From an uncultured Erysipelotrichaceae bacterium (GTDB lineage Bacteria > Bacillota_I > Bacilli_A > Erysipelotrichales > Erysipelotrichaceae): DNA of 24,000 nt. Location of the stretch: assembly GCA_964370395.1 (NCBI GenBank), contig CAYJIZ010000004.1, positions 107,465-131,464 on the forward strand, given 5' to 3'. Below the pieces are notes generated by a model. The model was given only the letters and a program-made list of their open reading frames with translations, ran no database searches and was not told the DNA's origin. A program made the translations under genes and the position numbers. Of the stretch, positions 1 through 8,464 are shown piece after piece; the first letter of the stretch is position 1, and every line of letters begins with the position of its first letter.

Positions 1-1
1 A

Positions 2-2272
2 CTGGAGGCAAAGCTTCACGCTATTTTATTTGAAGAAGAACTCTTTGTCGCATTTAGTAATCACAATGCGAAATACAATAACTTGCTTGTTGATTTAGTC
101 CTTTTCTTTATCGCTTACTACACCAAACAAAAACGCACGCGTAAAGTAATCGATTTTAGTGATATGGAACATTTTGCTTTAACCATTTTACAAGCAAACA
201 ACAACGATGTAGCAAAACGTTACCAACAACAGTTTTATGAAATCATGGTAGATGAGTTTCAAGATAGTAACGATGTACAGGATACTCTTGTTTCTCTTAT
301 CTGCAAACACAATAATGTATTTCGTGTCGGGGATATCAAACAATCCATTTATGGCTTTCGTCATGCTACACCAGACATCATGCGTGATAAAATCATTCAC
401 CAAAAAGAACTCGATGAAGTCATTTATTTAAGCAATAACTACCGTTCAAAGAAAAGCATTGTTGATTTTAATAATACGTTGTTTGAACGTTTGATGAATG
501 TCCCTGGTTTTGCCTCTTCGTTTAGTGAAAACGATTGTACACAAACAGGATTAGACAGCCAAGCAATCGATAATGTACCAGCTGAGATTCATTTGATTCA
601 AGATAAAAAAATCAATGCGGATCGATTTGAAAAACTGAGCAAAGACGAATTAAAAGCGAGCTATATCGCCAATCAAATATTGCAGATGCGAAAAGACAAA
701 AACTACAATTACAAAGATTTTGCGATATTAGTAAAAACAAACGCCAAGAGCGAATGCTTACGGGATGCTTTTGAAGAAGCTAACATTCCCTATTTCATTA
801 ATATGAAACACGGATTTTATGAGAGCTCAGCAATTCGTAATGTATTGTCTTTCTTGCGTGCTCTTGAAAACCCACACGATGACATCGCTTTTTGCGCCTT
901 GTTGTTGTCCCCTTTCTTTCAACTGAAAGACGAGGACTTAGCACAAGCAAAACAACACATGGAAAGAAACGATAGTTTTTATTCATACTTCAAAGAGAAG
1001 CAAAATTTAAGTCATTTTAAACAACTTGTTTATGCATTAAAAGAAAAGAAATTAAGTGAAATCGTAACGCAGATTTATCATTTTAACCATTACTATGAAA
1101 CGTATACAACCAAACAAGAGAAAACGAATTTGGATAAACTATATGAGATGATTACCAGTAGAGAAAGCAAAGAAGCCTTATCTTTGTCTTCATTCTTAAC
1201 TTCTTTGGATGAATCCAGTAATACACAAATTGGAGAAGCCATACCCATCAGTAATAACGATGATGTCGTACGCGTGATGAGTATTCACCAATCCAAAGGA
1301 CTACAGTTTCCAGTTGTTTTCTTATATTCCATCGATTCCCTTAACTTATTTGATACCGTTGGGTTAATCGGTTTTGATGACACATTAAAAATTGCACTGA
1401 ATTACATGAGCAAACAACATCGTTTGGTATATCCGACAATCGAACGTATCGCATTGAATCATAAAGCAACCAAAAGTGCTTTGGAAGAAGAAATGCGCGT
1501 ACTTTATGTAGCAACCACACGTGCCCAACAAGAAATGATTATCGTTGATTGCAAAGAAGATAGCCAATGTCGTCCTTTAAGTAAAGTTGAAATATACAAG
1601 AAAAATAGTTTCACGTCATGGATTTTACAAGCTTACCAAACTTCGATCAAAGAATTACTTTTGATTAAGCCAGTGACGCAACTTTGGGATAACGAAATTC
1701 AAGATCACAAAGACAGTACACAACAAATGATCCCTCATTATTCCCTTACAATTGAACATAAGGAAAGCATAGCTCCTAGTGATAGTGAAGTATTCTCCTT
1801 CACTCCTTCTGCTTTTTATCTAGATGAAGATGAAGCGATGTTACGAGGTACAAACTTACATAAGATGGTAGAAACCTTACCTCATACAAATTGGGATATT
1901 TCATTAATTAATGAAGTTGCCCACCTTCACAACATCACCCTAGAAAAACACGATATCCAAGTGTTACTTGCGCTACAAAATAATGCTATCTTTGCGAATG
2001 CGCAACAAGCAAGCGTTTATCATGAGTTTCCATTCATCGTCAATGATGCAGATTGTATCATTCACGGGTTTATGGATTATGTTGCGATACAAGACAACAC
2101 GATCACTTTGATTGACTTTAAGTCTGATCGTAATGCGAGTGCCAGTCAAATTGTTTCTCGCTATCGTAAACAATTAGAAACATACCAAAAAGCATTGTTG
2201 ATATTGTATCCAAACAAAACCATTCATACATATATTTACAGTTTTGAGCTACAAGAAATGATCGCTATTTAA
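2..2272 (+). CDS. addA: ATP-dependent helicase/nuclease subunit A (AddA), 3' part; reading frame is open to the left window edge
   Basis: Frame continues upstream of the listed 83 start to base 2 (LEAKLHAILFEEELFVAFSNHNAKYNN...). UvrD-like motifs 'IMVDEFQDSNDVQ', 'RVGDIKQSIYGFRHA', 'VMSIHQSKGLQFPVVF', 'EEMRVLYVATTRAQ', and C-terminal RecB-like nuclease motif 'LIDFKSDR'. Confidence 0.93.
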   Translation: MEAKLHAILFEEELFVAFSNHNAKYNNLLVDLVLFFIAYYTKQKRTRKVIDFSDMEHFALTILQANNNDVAKRYQQQFYEIMVDEFQDSNDVQDTLVSLICKHNNVFRVGDIKQSIYGFRHATPDIMRDKIIHQKELDEVIYLSNNYRSKKSIVDFNNTLFERLMNVPGFASSFSENDCTQTGLDSQAIDNVPAEIHLIQDKKINADRFEKLSKDELKASYIANQILQMRKDKNYNYKDFAILVKTNAKSECLRDAFEEANIPYFINMKHGFYESSAIRNVLSFLRALENPHDDIAFCALLLSPFFQLKDEDLAQAKQHMERNDSFYSYFKEKQNLSHFKQLVYALKEKKLSEIVTQIYHFNHYYETYTTKQEKTNLDKLYEMITSRESKEALSLSSFLTSLDESSNTQIGEAIPISNNDDVVRVMSIHQSKGLQFPVVFLYSIDSLNLFDTVGLIGFDDTLKIALNYMSKQHRLVYPTIERIALNHKATKSALEEEMRVLYVATTRAQQEMIIVDCKEDSQCRPLSKVEIYKKNSFTSWILQAYQTSIKELLLIKPVTQLWDNEIQDHKDSTQQMIPHYSLTIEHKESIAPSDSEVFSFTPSAFYLDEDEAMLRGTNLHKMVETLPHTNWDISLINEVAHLHNITLEKHDIQVLLALQNNAIFANAQQASVYHEFPFIVNDADCIIHGFMDYVAIQDNTITLIDFKSDRNASASQIVSRYRKQLETYQKALLILYPNKTIHTYIYSFELQEMIAI

Positions 2273-2314
2273 ACGTATCAAAAATATGTGATTTTTTCAC
2301 TTTAGTGGAATATA

Positions 2315-2342
2315 TTGTAAAAAAAGAAATCGCTACTATAAT
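2315..2342 (+). promoter_or_regulatory. Predicted sigma-A promoter for the downstream small ORF
   Basis: TTGTAA (2315-2320), 16-nt spacer, perfect TATAAT (2337-2342). Confidence 0.6.
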
Positions 2343-2391
2343 TAAGTTATAGGATGAGCAAAATCATCATAAGAAATAAGTGGGGCGATTT

Positions 2392-2790
2392 ATGGTACGT
2401 ACAAATGATTACACAAAACAAAATACAACAATCAAACAAATACTTTCTAAGGACATGTTACCTTTGTTTAATTCTCTTGGTCTTAACCCTGAGGAAACAA
2501 ACAAAAAGAATCCTGATTTAACACGAGTAATCAGTGATTTATCGTATGTCACGTTTGATGTGAGTGACGATGATGTCGTACGTTGTTTACTTGAATATCT
2601 TACTAGTAAGGTCGCTATTTCACTGGACACCATTGCTACAATATCAAAAGTTAACCAAACAGATATTCAAAGATTTATGGATGGACATGAAATAAGCATT
2701 CATCAAAAATACCAACTTATTTGTCATGTGTATCGACTAACTAACATCATCAATACTGTTGTGAATGAACCAGGAATATTAAAAGACTAA
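2392..2790 (+). CDS. Hypothetical protein, about 132 aa, possible C-terminal helix-turn-helix
   Basis: ORF track 2380-2790. The ATG at 2392 is preceded by GGGGCG. Segment 'ISLDTIATISKVNQTDIQRFMDGHEISIHQKYQLICHVYRL' resembles a repressor-type HTH. Good promoter upstream and terminator downstream. Confidence 0.7.
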   Translation: MVRTNDYTKQNTTIKQILSKDMLPLFNSLGLNPEETNKKNPDLTRVISDLSYVTFDVSDDDVVRCLLEYLTSKVAISLDTIATISKVNQTDIQRFMDGHEISIHQKYQLICHVYRLTNIINTVVNEPGILKD

Positions 2791-2818
2791 AAACATTCTA
2801 GGAATAGAATGTTTTTTG
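2789..2818 (+). terminator. Intrinsic terminator after the 2392 ORF
   Basis: AAAAACATTCTA-GGAA-TAGAATGTTTTTT, 12-bp stem with GNRA-type loop and T run. Confidence 0.8.
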
Positions 2819-2840
2819 TTGATGAATCAATATAATTAAA

Positions 2841-2985
2841 AAATAATAGGATAACCTATTAAAATGCTTCATTCACCTTATATGCAAAAAGAAAAAGAGG
2901 ACCTGACCTCTTTTTCTTTTTGGAATATTTTAAATAGATGTTAGAAGTGAACTTCTAACGACACTATTATTATAAAAAAAATCAA
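2841..2985. repeat. Copy A of a 145-bp direct repeat containing three hairpins
   Basis: Aligns without gaps to 3247-3391 (offset 406), with 139/145 identities counted by hand. Hairpins at 2844-2861, 2885-2922 and 2940-2959. Confidence 0.95.
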
Positions 2986-3149
2986 TCGCTTCTGCAACTA
3001 TTATTTCAAAATAAAAAAAGACAAAAAATAGTCACGAGATTTTAAGAAAACCGCATATATAGTAGTAGGGGGAGTTTACTCTTCTTAGTGTAAGAGTATC
3101 TGTAGCTACTGTGAATGAAAGACAAAATACAGAAGAAAGGAGCGACAAT

Positions 3150-3224
3150 ATGTCAATAGTGTGTCTATATGGAATATTTTACTTCGATAATATTAATCTT
3201 AGTTTTAATCCTATTATTACTTGA
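3150..3224 (+). CDS. Alternative tiny ORF, 24 aa (MSIVCLYGIFYFDNINLSFNPIIT), overlapping the hydrophobic peptide in another frame
   Basis: ATG at 3150 has a well-placed AAAGGAG (3136-3142). It could be a leader ORF translationally coupled to 3169-3252. Confidence 0.25.
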   Translation: MSIVCLYGIFYFDNINLSFNPIIT

Positions 3225-3252
3225 GATGATTGCTATCATTTTTAAGAAATAA
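3169..3252 (+). CDS. Candidate small hydrophobic peptide, 27 aa (MEYFTSIILILVLILLLLEMIAIIFKK); putative type I toxin-like or membrane peptide
   Basis: Read directly: ATG at 3169-3171 and TAA at 3250-3252. A single hydrophobic stretch followed by FKK; stop lies at the start of repeat copy B. No good Shine-Dalgarno directly upstream of this ATG. Confidence 0.4.
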   Translation: MEYFTSIILILVLILLLLEMIAIIFKK

Positions 3253-3391
3253 TAGGATAGCCTATTAAAATGCTTCATTCACCTTATATGCAAAAAGAAA
3301 AAGAGGGCCGATCCTCTTTTTCTTTTTGGAATATTTTAAATAGATGTTAGAAGCGAACTTCTAACGACACTATTATTATAAAAAAAATCAA
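3247..3391. repeat. Copy B of the 145-bp direct repeat containing three hairpins
   Basis: Same as copy A with six substitutions: 3260, 3307, 3310, 3311, 3312 and 3354. Confidence 0.95.
3291..3328. terminator. Bidirectional terminator-like hairpin in repeat copy B (equivalent at 2885-2922 in copy A)
   Basis: CAAAAAGAAAAAGAGG-GCCGAT-CCTCTTTTTCTTTTTG, perfect 16-bp stem with A-rich and T-rich flanking arms on either strand. Confidence 0.65.
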
Positions 3392-3456
3392 ATCAGTATG
3401 CAATGATTACTTTGTTTTTTTAGTACATTAATGAAAAAACAAGAATTTCTTTTTGC

Positions 3457-4197
3457 TTATACTTTTGCGATTGTTTCTAAGACTGCCTTTACTATTTCAC
3501 TATCCACAACTTCATACTTGTTAATATCGATATAAGAAAAATTAACTCCATAATTCGATGTAGTAGGGTCATGCAAATACCCTTTGCATGAAGAATGTAC
3601 TTGAACTACTTTCGTATTTTCGATAACATAATCTGCATTTTCTGCATTTATTCCACAGCCTGGCAAAATTTCAATACGATCACCAAATGTTTCTTGCGCT
3701 AATTTAATCTGTTTGATTCCATCTATTGCTTTTACCCCTGCACCACTTGTTAGTACACGTTGGCAACCACATTCAATTACATCTTCCATAGCCTTCATAT
3801 AATCGCTTGTAACATCGATAGCACGATGGAAAACCGCTTCTTTTCCATACGATTGAATAAGTGCAACCATTCTTTTTGTTGCCTCTTTGTCTATCGTTTT
3901 GTCTTCATTTAGAAAACCGAATGCCAAACCATCTGCTCCGTTTTCTAATAAAATTTTCGCATCATAAAATATGATATCCATGTCTTCTTTACGATAACAA
4001 AATCCACTTGCACGATCACGAACCATACAAATTACATTTAAATCAGTATCTTCTTTTACTTTTTTTAGTGTTGCCAAAGAAGGTGTTAACCCTCCCAAAT
4101 GCAATGCGCTATTAAGTTCGATACGTTTCGCTCCACCCTTTTGTGCTTGTAGTGCATCATAATACGATCCACAGCAAACTTCTAAAATCTTATTCAT
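3457..4197 (-). CDS. cutC: CutC family protein (copper homeostasis annotation)
   Basis: 'LEVCCGSYYDALQAQKGGAKRIELNSALHLGGLTPS' and 'RVLTSGAG' are CutC signatures. Start chosen at MNKILEVC with GGGAGA upstream. Confidence 0.92.
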   Translation of the reverse strand: MNKILEVCCGSYYDALQAQKGGAKRIELNSALHLGGLTPSLATLKKVKEDTDLNVICMVRDRASGFCYRKEDMDIIFYDAKILLENGADGLAFGFLNEDKTIDKEATKRMVALIQSYGKEAVFHRAIDVTSDYMKAMEDVIECGCQRVLTSGAGVKAIDGIKQIKLAQETFGDRIEILPGCGINAENADYVIENTKVVQVHSSCKGYLHDPTTSNYGVNFSYIDINKYEVVDSEIVKAVLETIAKV

Positions 4198-4711
4198 AAA
4201 TATTTCTCCCTTTAGTATCAATTGCTACTGTAACAGGAAAATCTTTGACTTCTAACTTTACAATTGCTTCTGCTCCTAAATCAGCAAACGCAACTGGTTG
4301 TGCATCCACAACACATTTACTTAGAAGTGCTCCTGCACCACCGATTGCAACTAAATACAACGCTTCATTTCTAGCGATGGCATCCACTACCGGTTGGCTT
4401 CGATAGCCTTTACCGATTGTTGCGCACACGCCTAAATCATACAACCTACTTGCATAAACGTCCATTCTCATGCTCGTAGTAGGACCTGCGCTTCCAAATT
4501 TCTTATTTGGTGGCGTTGGTGTTGGACCAACATAATAAATAGTTGCACCTTCTAACTCAATAGGTAAGGCTTCCTTATTATCTAACATTTCATTCAAACG
4601 TTTGTGTGCTGCATCTCTCGCCGTATAAATCGTTCCGCTTAAATAAAGTAAGTCTCCAACAGCAAGTGACTCTTTCACTTCTTTGCTCATTGGTAATGTT
4701 ATCTGTTTCAT
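4190..4711 (-). CDS. Class I fumarate hydratase beta (C-terminal) subunit
   Basis: 'YYVGPTPTPPNKKFGSAGPTTSMRMD' and 'GKGYRSQPVVDAI'. Start at MKQITL with AAAGGTG upstream. Confidence 0.9.
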   Translation of the reverse strand: MKQITLPMSKEVKESLAVGDLLYLSGTIYTARDAAHKRLNEMLDNKEALPIELEGATIYYVGPTPTPPNKKFGSAGPTTSMRMDVYASRLYDLGVCATIGKGYRSQPVVDAIARNEALYLVAIGGAGALLSKCVVDAQPVAFADLGAEAIVKLEVKDFPVTVAIDTKGRNIYE

Positions 4712-5556
4712 ACAATCACCTTTTTCGCATGTCTTGTAACATGACATGAAATATTAACAGCGCAAGGAAGTCCTGCAATATGCGTTGGAAAATACTCTAC
4801 ATTTACTTTTAATACTGTGGTATCTCCTTTTAGTCCTTGTGGGCCTATGTTTAACGCATTGGCTTGTTCCAATAACTCTTTCTCTAATTGTGCATACATT
4901 GGATTGGCATTGCTTGTTGAGCAATCACGCAACGTTGCTTTTTTCGCTAACACAGCAGCGTAATCAAAAGTACCACCAATACCAACACCGACAACCATTG
5001 GTGGACAAGCATTTGGTCCAGCTTTTTTAATCGCATCAATCACAGCTTGTTTCACTCCGTCTACACCTTGTGCTGGTTTCAACATTGTGATTGTCGACAT
5101 ATTTTCACTACCAAATCCTTTGCATCCTACTTCCAATACAATTTCATCACCAGCGACAATCGTTGGATAAATAATGCATGGTGTATTGTCTTTTGTATTA
5201 ATTCTTTCAAACAGAGGATCACTTACAATACTCTTACGCAAGTATCCTTCTTCGTAACCCAAACGAACTCCTTCATTAATGGCATCATTTAAATCACCAC
5301 CAACAAGACATACTTGTTGACCAATCTTCACAAACACGATTACCATTCCTGTATCTTGGCAAATCGGAATTCGCTCTTCTTTGGCGATACGTGCATTTTC
5401 ACTTAGCAACTGTAACGTTTGTTTTCCAATCACACTCGTTTCTTTTGCTTCGCTCTCTTTTAATAATGCTTCAATATCTTGTGGGTATTCAAAATTTATT
5501 TCTTGTACCATTTCACGAATGGCTTCGCTCACTTTACTAACGTGTATTTCTTTCAT
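4708..5556 (-). CDS. Class I fumarate hydratase alpha (N-terminal, Fe-S) subunit
   Basis: 'IPICQDTGMVIVFVKIGQQV', 'GSENMSTITMLKPAQG' and 'VVGVGIGGTFDYAAVLAKKA'. Overlaps the neighbouring beta subunit gene. Confidence 0.93.
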   Translation of the reverse strand: MKEIHVSKVSEAIREMVQEINFEYPQDIEALLKESEAKETSVIGKQTLQLLSENARIAKEERIPICQDTGMVIVFVKIGQQVCLVGGDLNDAINEGVRLGYEEGYLRKSIVSDPLFERINTKDNTPCIIYPTIVAGDEIVLEVGCKGFGSENMSTITMLKPAQGVDGVKQAVIDAIKKAGPNACPPMVVGVGIGGTFDYAAVLAKKATLRDCSTSNANPMYAQLEKELLEQANALNIGPQGLKGDTTVLKVNVEYFPTHIAGLPCAVNISCHVTRHAKKVIV

Positions 5557-6722
5557 TACTTCACACTTCTTTTGTATTCATCACTAACTGCTTTCGCTAC
5601 CACTTTTGCAACTTCTTTATTAAATGCATCAGGAATGATGTAGTCTTCATTCAATTCTTCTTCGCTTACGATACTCGCAATGGCTTTTGCCGCTGCAACT
5701 TTCATCTCTTCGCTAATAGCGTGCGCTCTTGCATCAAGGGCACCTCTAAAAATACCTGGGAATACAAGTACATTATTAATTTGATTTGGGAAATCACTTC
5801 TTCCTGTCGCTACAACACGTGCTCCCCCTTTTTTCGCATCTTCTGGTAAAATTTCTGGTTCTGGATTTGCCATCGCAAATACGATTGCATCTTTATTCAT
5901 ACTTTCTACCATTTCAACACTTACTGTTTTAGGACCACTTACTCCGATGAAAACATCTGCCCCTTTCATCGCATCTGCCAAACTACCACGTAATTCTTGC
6001 GTGTTTGTCACTTTTGCGATTTCTTGTTGAGCGCTGTTCATCCAGTCTTCGCCTTCACATAAAATTCCTTTGCGTGCCACTAAGACAACATTTTTCATAC
6101 CTAGACGTTGCAACAATTTACAAATACTAATTCCCGCACTTCCTGCTCCTAAAATCACAAAACGTGCTTCTTCCATTTTCTTACCAACAAGTTTAAGAGC
6201 ATTGATTAACCCTGCACTTGTTACAATTGCTGTACCATGTTGGTCATCATGAAATACTGGAATATCCAATTCTTCAATTAAACGACGTTCAATTTCAAAA
6301 CATCTAGGCGCTGCAATATCTTCTAAATTAATACCACCAAATGTTGGTGCTAAATATTTTACTGTTTTAATAATTTCTTCATCATCTTGCGTATCCAAAC
6401 AAATAGGAAAGGCATCAATATCCGCAAACTCTTTAAATAAGATCGCTTTTCCTTCCATTACTGGCATCGCTGCATGAGGGCCAATGTTTCCAAGTCCTAA
6501 AACCGCGCTTCCATCACTGACTACCGCAACCAAATTACCTTTTGCAGTATAGCGATACGCTTCTTCTGGATTGGCATTAATTTCACGACAAGGCTGTGCT
6601 ACCCCTGGCGTATACGCTAAACTAAGATCATCCAATGTTTCTACTTTCACTTTCGAAACCACTCCTAGTTTACCTTTGTTTTCTTCATGTAACTTTAACG
6701 ACTTTTCATACACTGTACTCAT
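5556..6722 (-). CDS. NAD(P)-dependent malic enzyme
   Basis: 'DLSLAYTPGVAQPCREI', 'PVFHDDQHGTAIV', 'VILGAGSAGISICKLL' and 'FAMANPEPEILPEDA'. Start at MSTVYEKS with GGGAGG upstream. Confidence 0.93.
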   Translation of the reverse strand: MSTVYEKSLKLHEENKGKLGVVSKVKVETLDDLSLAYTPGVAQPCREINANPEEAYRYTAKGNLVAVVSDGSAVLGLGNIGPHAAMPVMEGKAILFKEFADIDAFPICLDTQDDEEIIKTVKYLAPTFGGINLEDIAAPRCFEIERRLIEELDIPVFHDDQHGTAIVTSAGLINALKLVGKKMEEARFVILGAGSAGISICKLLQRLGMKNVVLVARKGILCEGEDWMNSAQQEIAKVTNTQELRGSLADAMKGADVFIGVSGPKTVSVEMVESMNKDAIVFAMANPEPEILPEDAKKGGARVVATGRSDFPNQINNVLVFPGIFRGALDARAHAISEEMKVAAAKAIASIVSEEELNEDYIIPDAFNKEVAKVVAKAVSDEYKRSVK

Positions 6723-6915
6723 ACATATCCTCCCACAAAATTTACTCAATCATTATACCACACTATCGAAATTTCTTAAGTAGAAAAAGGATAAAAAGTC
6801 CACCATATATTGGAAAAGAAAACGCGATACTTCTTAGCAACAAATAATTGCGTCCCCTTATCTAGACAAAAAAATCACTTTCCTGTATTGTAAAGAAAAG
6901 AGAAGGGGTTATCGT

Positions 6916-7851
6916 ATGCCTACAAAGATCGGAAAACAAATACAATTTTACCGTAAAAAAGAAAAGCTTTCGCAAGCCGAATTAGCTAACAAATTGCATG
7001 TTACACGACAAGCCATCAGTAGTTGGGAAAGAGATGTAAGCGAACCGGATTTGGATAGCTTACGCCAAATGGCTCAGATATTTAACATACCTGTTCAAAC
7101 CTTAATCGAAGAAACAATAGATGACACAGTAAACAAACAATTGAAAACCGTAAAACTTTTGTATGTGATTACGTTTCTTACTTTCTTGTATTGTTCTCGC
7201 GAAATTATTTTCTTTGAACAAAACATTTTTTTCCTTCTTTTCTTTATTTTGTTTGTCATGAGTAGCGTTCTTTTCTTAACTTTCCTACATGCCATTCATA
7301 CAAATGACTATACTATGATTGACGGTTTTGATGAAACCATTCAGTATCATACACCGACCATAAATAAGATATTAATAAAAATACTAATTCAAGTGTTAAC
7401 AATGCACACGCTGATGAACGTAATCCTAATGTATGGTATTGCATTTGAACCACTTACTTTACCCCCAATCGTATTTGGTATGTATTTCATCAACTTCTTT
7501 GCTTCTATTTTCATCACAAACAAAAAATACCAAACACAGCTATACGTAAACAAGGAAGATTTCATAAAGTCTCGCAGCGCTTCTTTTTATGGAGTGTACT
7601 TCATCCTTAATCTTTTGGTTATGGTACTAGGTATCATCTTATCTTTTGTTTTACATAACATTCAAAACAACTCAAAAGAAGCACTGCTCATTCTTAGTCT
7701 ACTCATTCCCTTTTTAGGCATTCACATCACCATCTTAATCGTTGCGGAAGAAAAGCGGAAAAACAATGAAACGCTTTCTAAAAAATGGTTCCTTTTTGGA
7801 GCTATCATAACAATACTATGCACGCTAATTATGCTTTTTTACCCTTACTAA
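6916..7851 (+). CDS. XRE-family transcriptional regulator with multi-pass membrane C-terminal region
   Basis: N-terminal 'IQFYRKKEKLSQAELANKLHVTRQAISSWERDVSEPDLDSLRQMAQIFNI' followed by several hydrophobic segments. GAGAAGGGG RBS upstream. Confidence 0.88.
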   Translation: MPTKIGKQIQFYRKKEKLSQAELANKLHVTRQAISSWERDVSEPDLDSLRQMAQIFNIPVQTLIEETIDDTVNKQLKTVKLLYVITFLTFLYCSREIIFFEQNIFFLLFFILFVMSSVLFLTFLHAIHTNDYTMIDGFDETIQYHTPTINKILIKILIQVLTMHTLMNVILMYGIAFEPLTLPPIVFGMYFINFFASIFITNKKYQTQLYVNKEDFIKSRSASFYGVYFILNLLVMVLGIILSFVLHNIQNNSKEALLILSLLIPFLGIHITILIVAEEKRKNNETLSKKWFLFGAIITILCTLIMLFYPY

Positions 7852-7957
7852 GAAACAAATTGAATAAATACACATGTTGTTTCCTCGCACTGTATGGTTA
7901 AAATAATTCAATAATCTTTTTTTAACGTGTATAATAGTAGCTATAGGAGTTAAAAAA

Positions 7958-8464
7958 ATGCCTCTTACCAATCAACAACTAACTTATTTTAAAGATGTTT
8001 CCTTGCCTATTATTCAAAATGAACACTACCAGTCAATGAAACAATTTATGCAACACGCTTCCATCTCCACTTACGAACATAGTATATGTGTGGCGTATTA
8101 CAGTTATTACTTAATGAAAAAATTACGTATTTCTTGTAGTGCGAAAAGTGTTATTGTTGGCGCTTTGTTGCATGATTTTTATTTGTATGATTGGCATCAT
8201 AAACAGGAATCCCATAAGTGGCATGGATTTCACCACCCTAAAAAAGCAAAGCATAATGCAACACAACATTACGCTATCAATGAAACGGAACAACATATTA
8301 TCGAAGCCCATATGTGGCCCCTTACAATGCGACATTTTCCTTCTTCCAAAGAAGCGATTATCGTAAACGTTGTGGATAAGTATGTTTCGCTAATGGAAAG
8401 TATGCATTATCGTTTTCATGTATTAGATAAGATAAAGGAGTATAGCGATGAGTCAAAATTGTGA
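7958..8464 (+). CDS. HD-domain phosphohydrolase-like protein
   Basis: 'STYEHSICVAYYSYYLMK' and 'VGALLHDFYLYDWH...HGFHHPKKAKHNA', an HD-type metal-binding pattern. AGGAG RBS. Confidence 0.82.
   Translation: MPLTNQQLTYFKDVSLPIIQNEHYQSMKQFMQHASISTYEHSICVAYYSYYLMKKLRISCSAKSVIVGALLHDFYLYDWHHKQESHKWHGFHHPKKAKHNATQHYAINETEQHIIEAHMWPLTMRHFPSSKEAIIVNVVDKYVSLMESMHYRFHVLDKIKEYSDESKL

Noticed and set aside
83-2272. AddA gene as a truncated pseudogene starting at 83
   Set aside because: The reading frame is open to the left edge, so the missing N-terminus is due to the window boundary.
2841-3391. Repeats considered as a CRISPR array or insertion sequence ends
   Set aside because: Only two 145-bp units in direct orientation, no regular short repeat-spacer pattern, no cas genes and no transposase between them.
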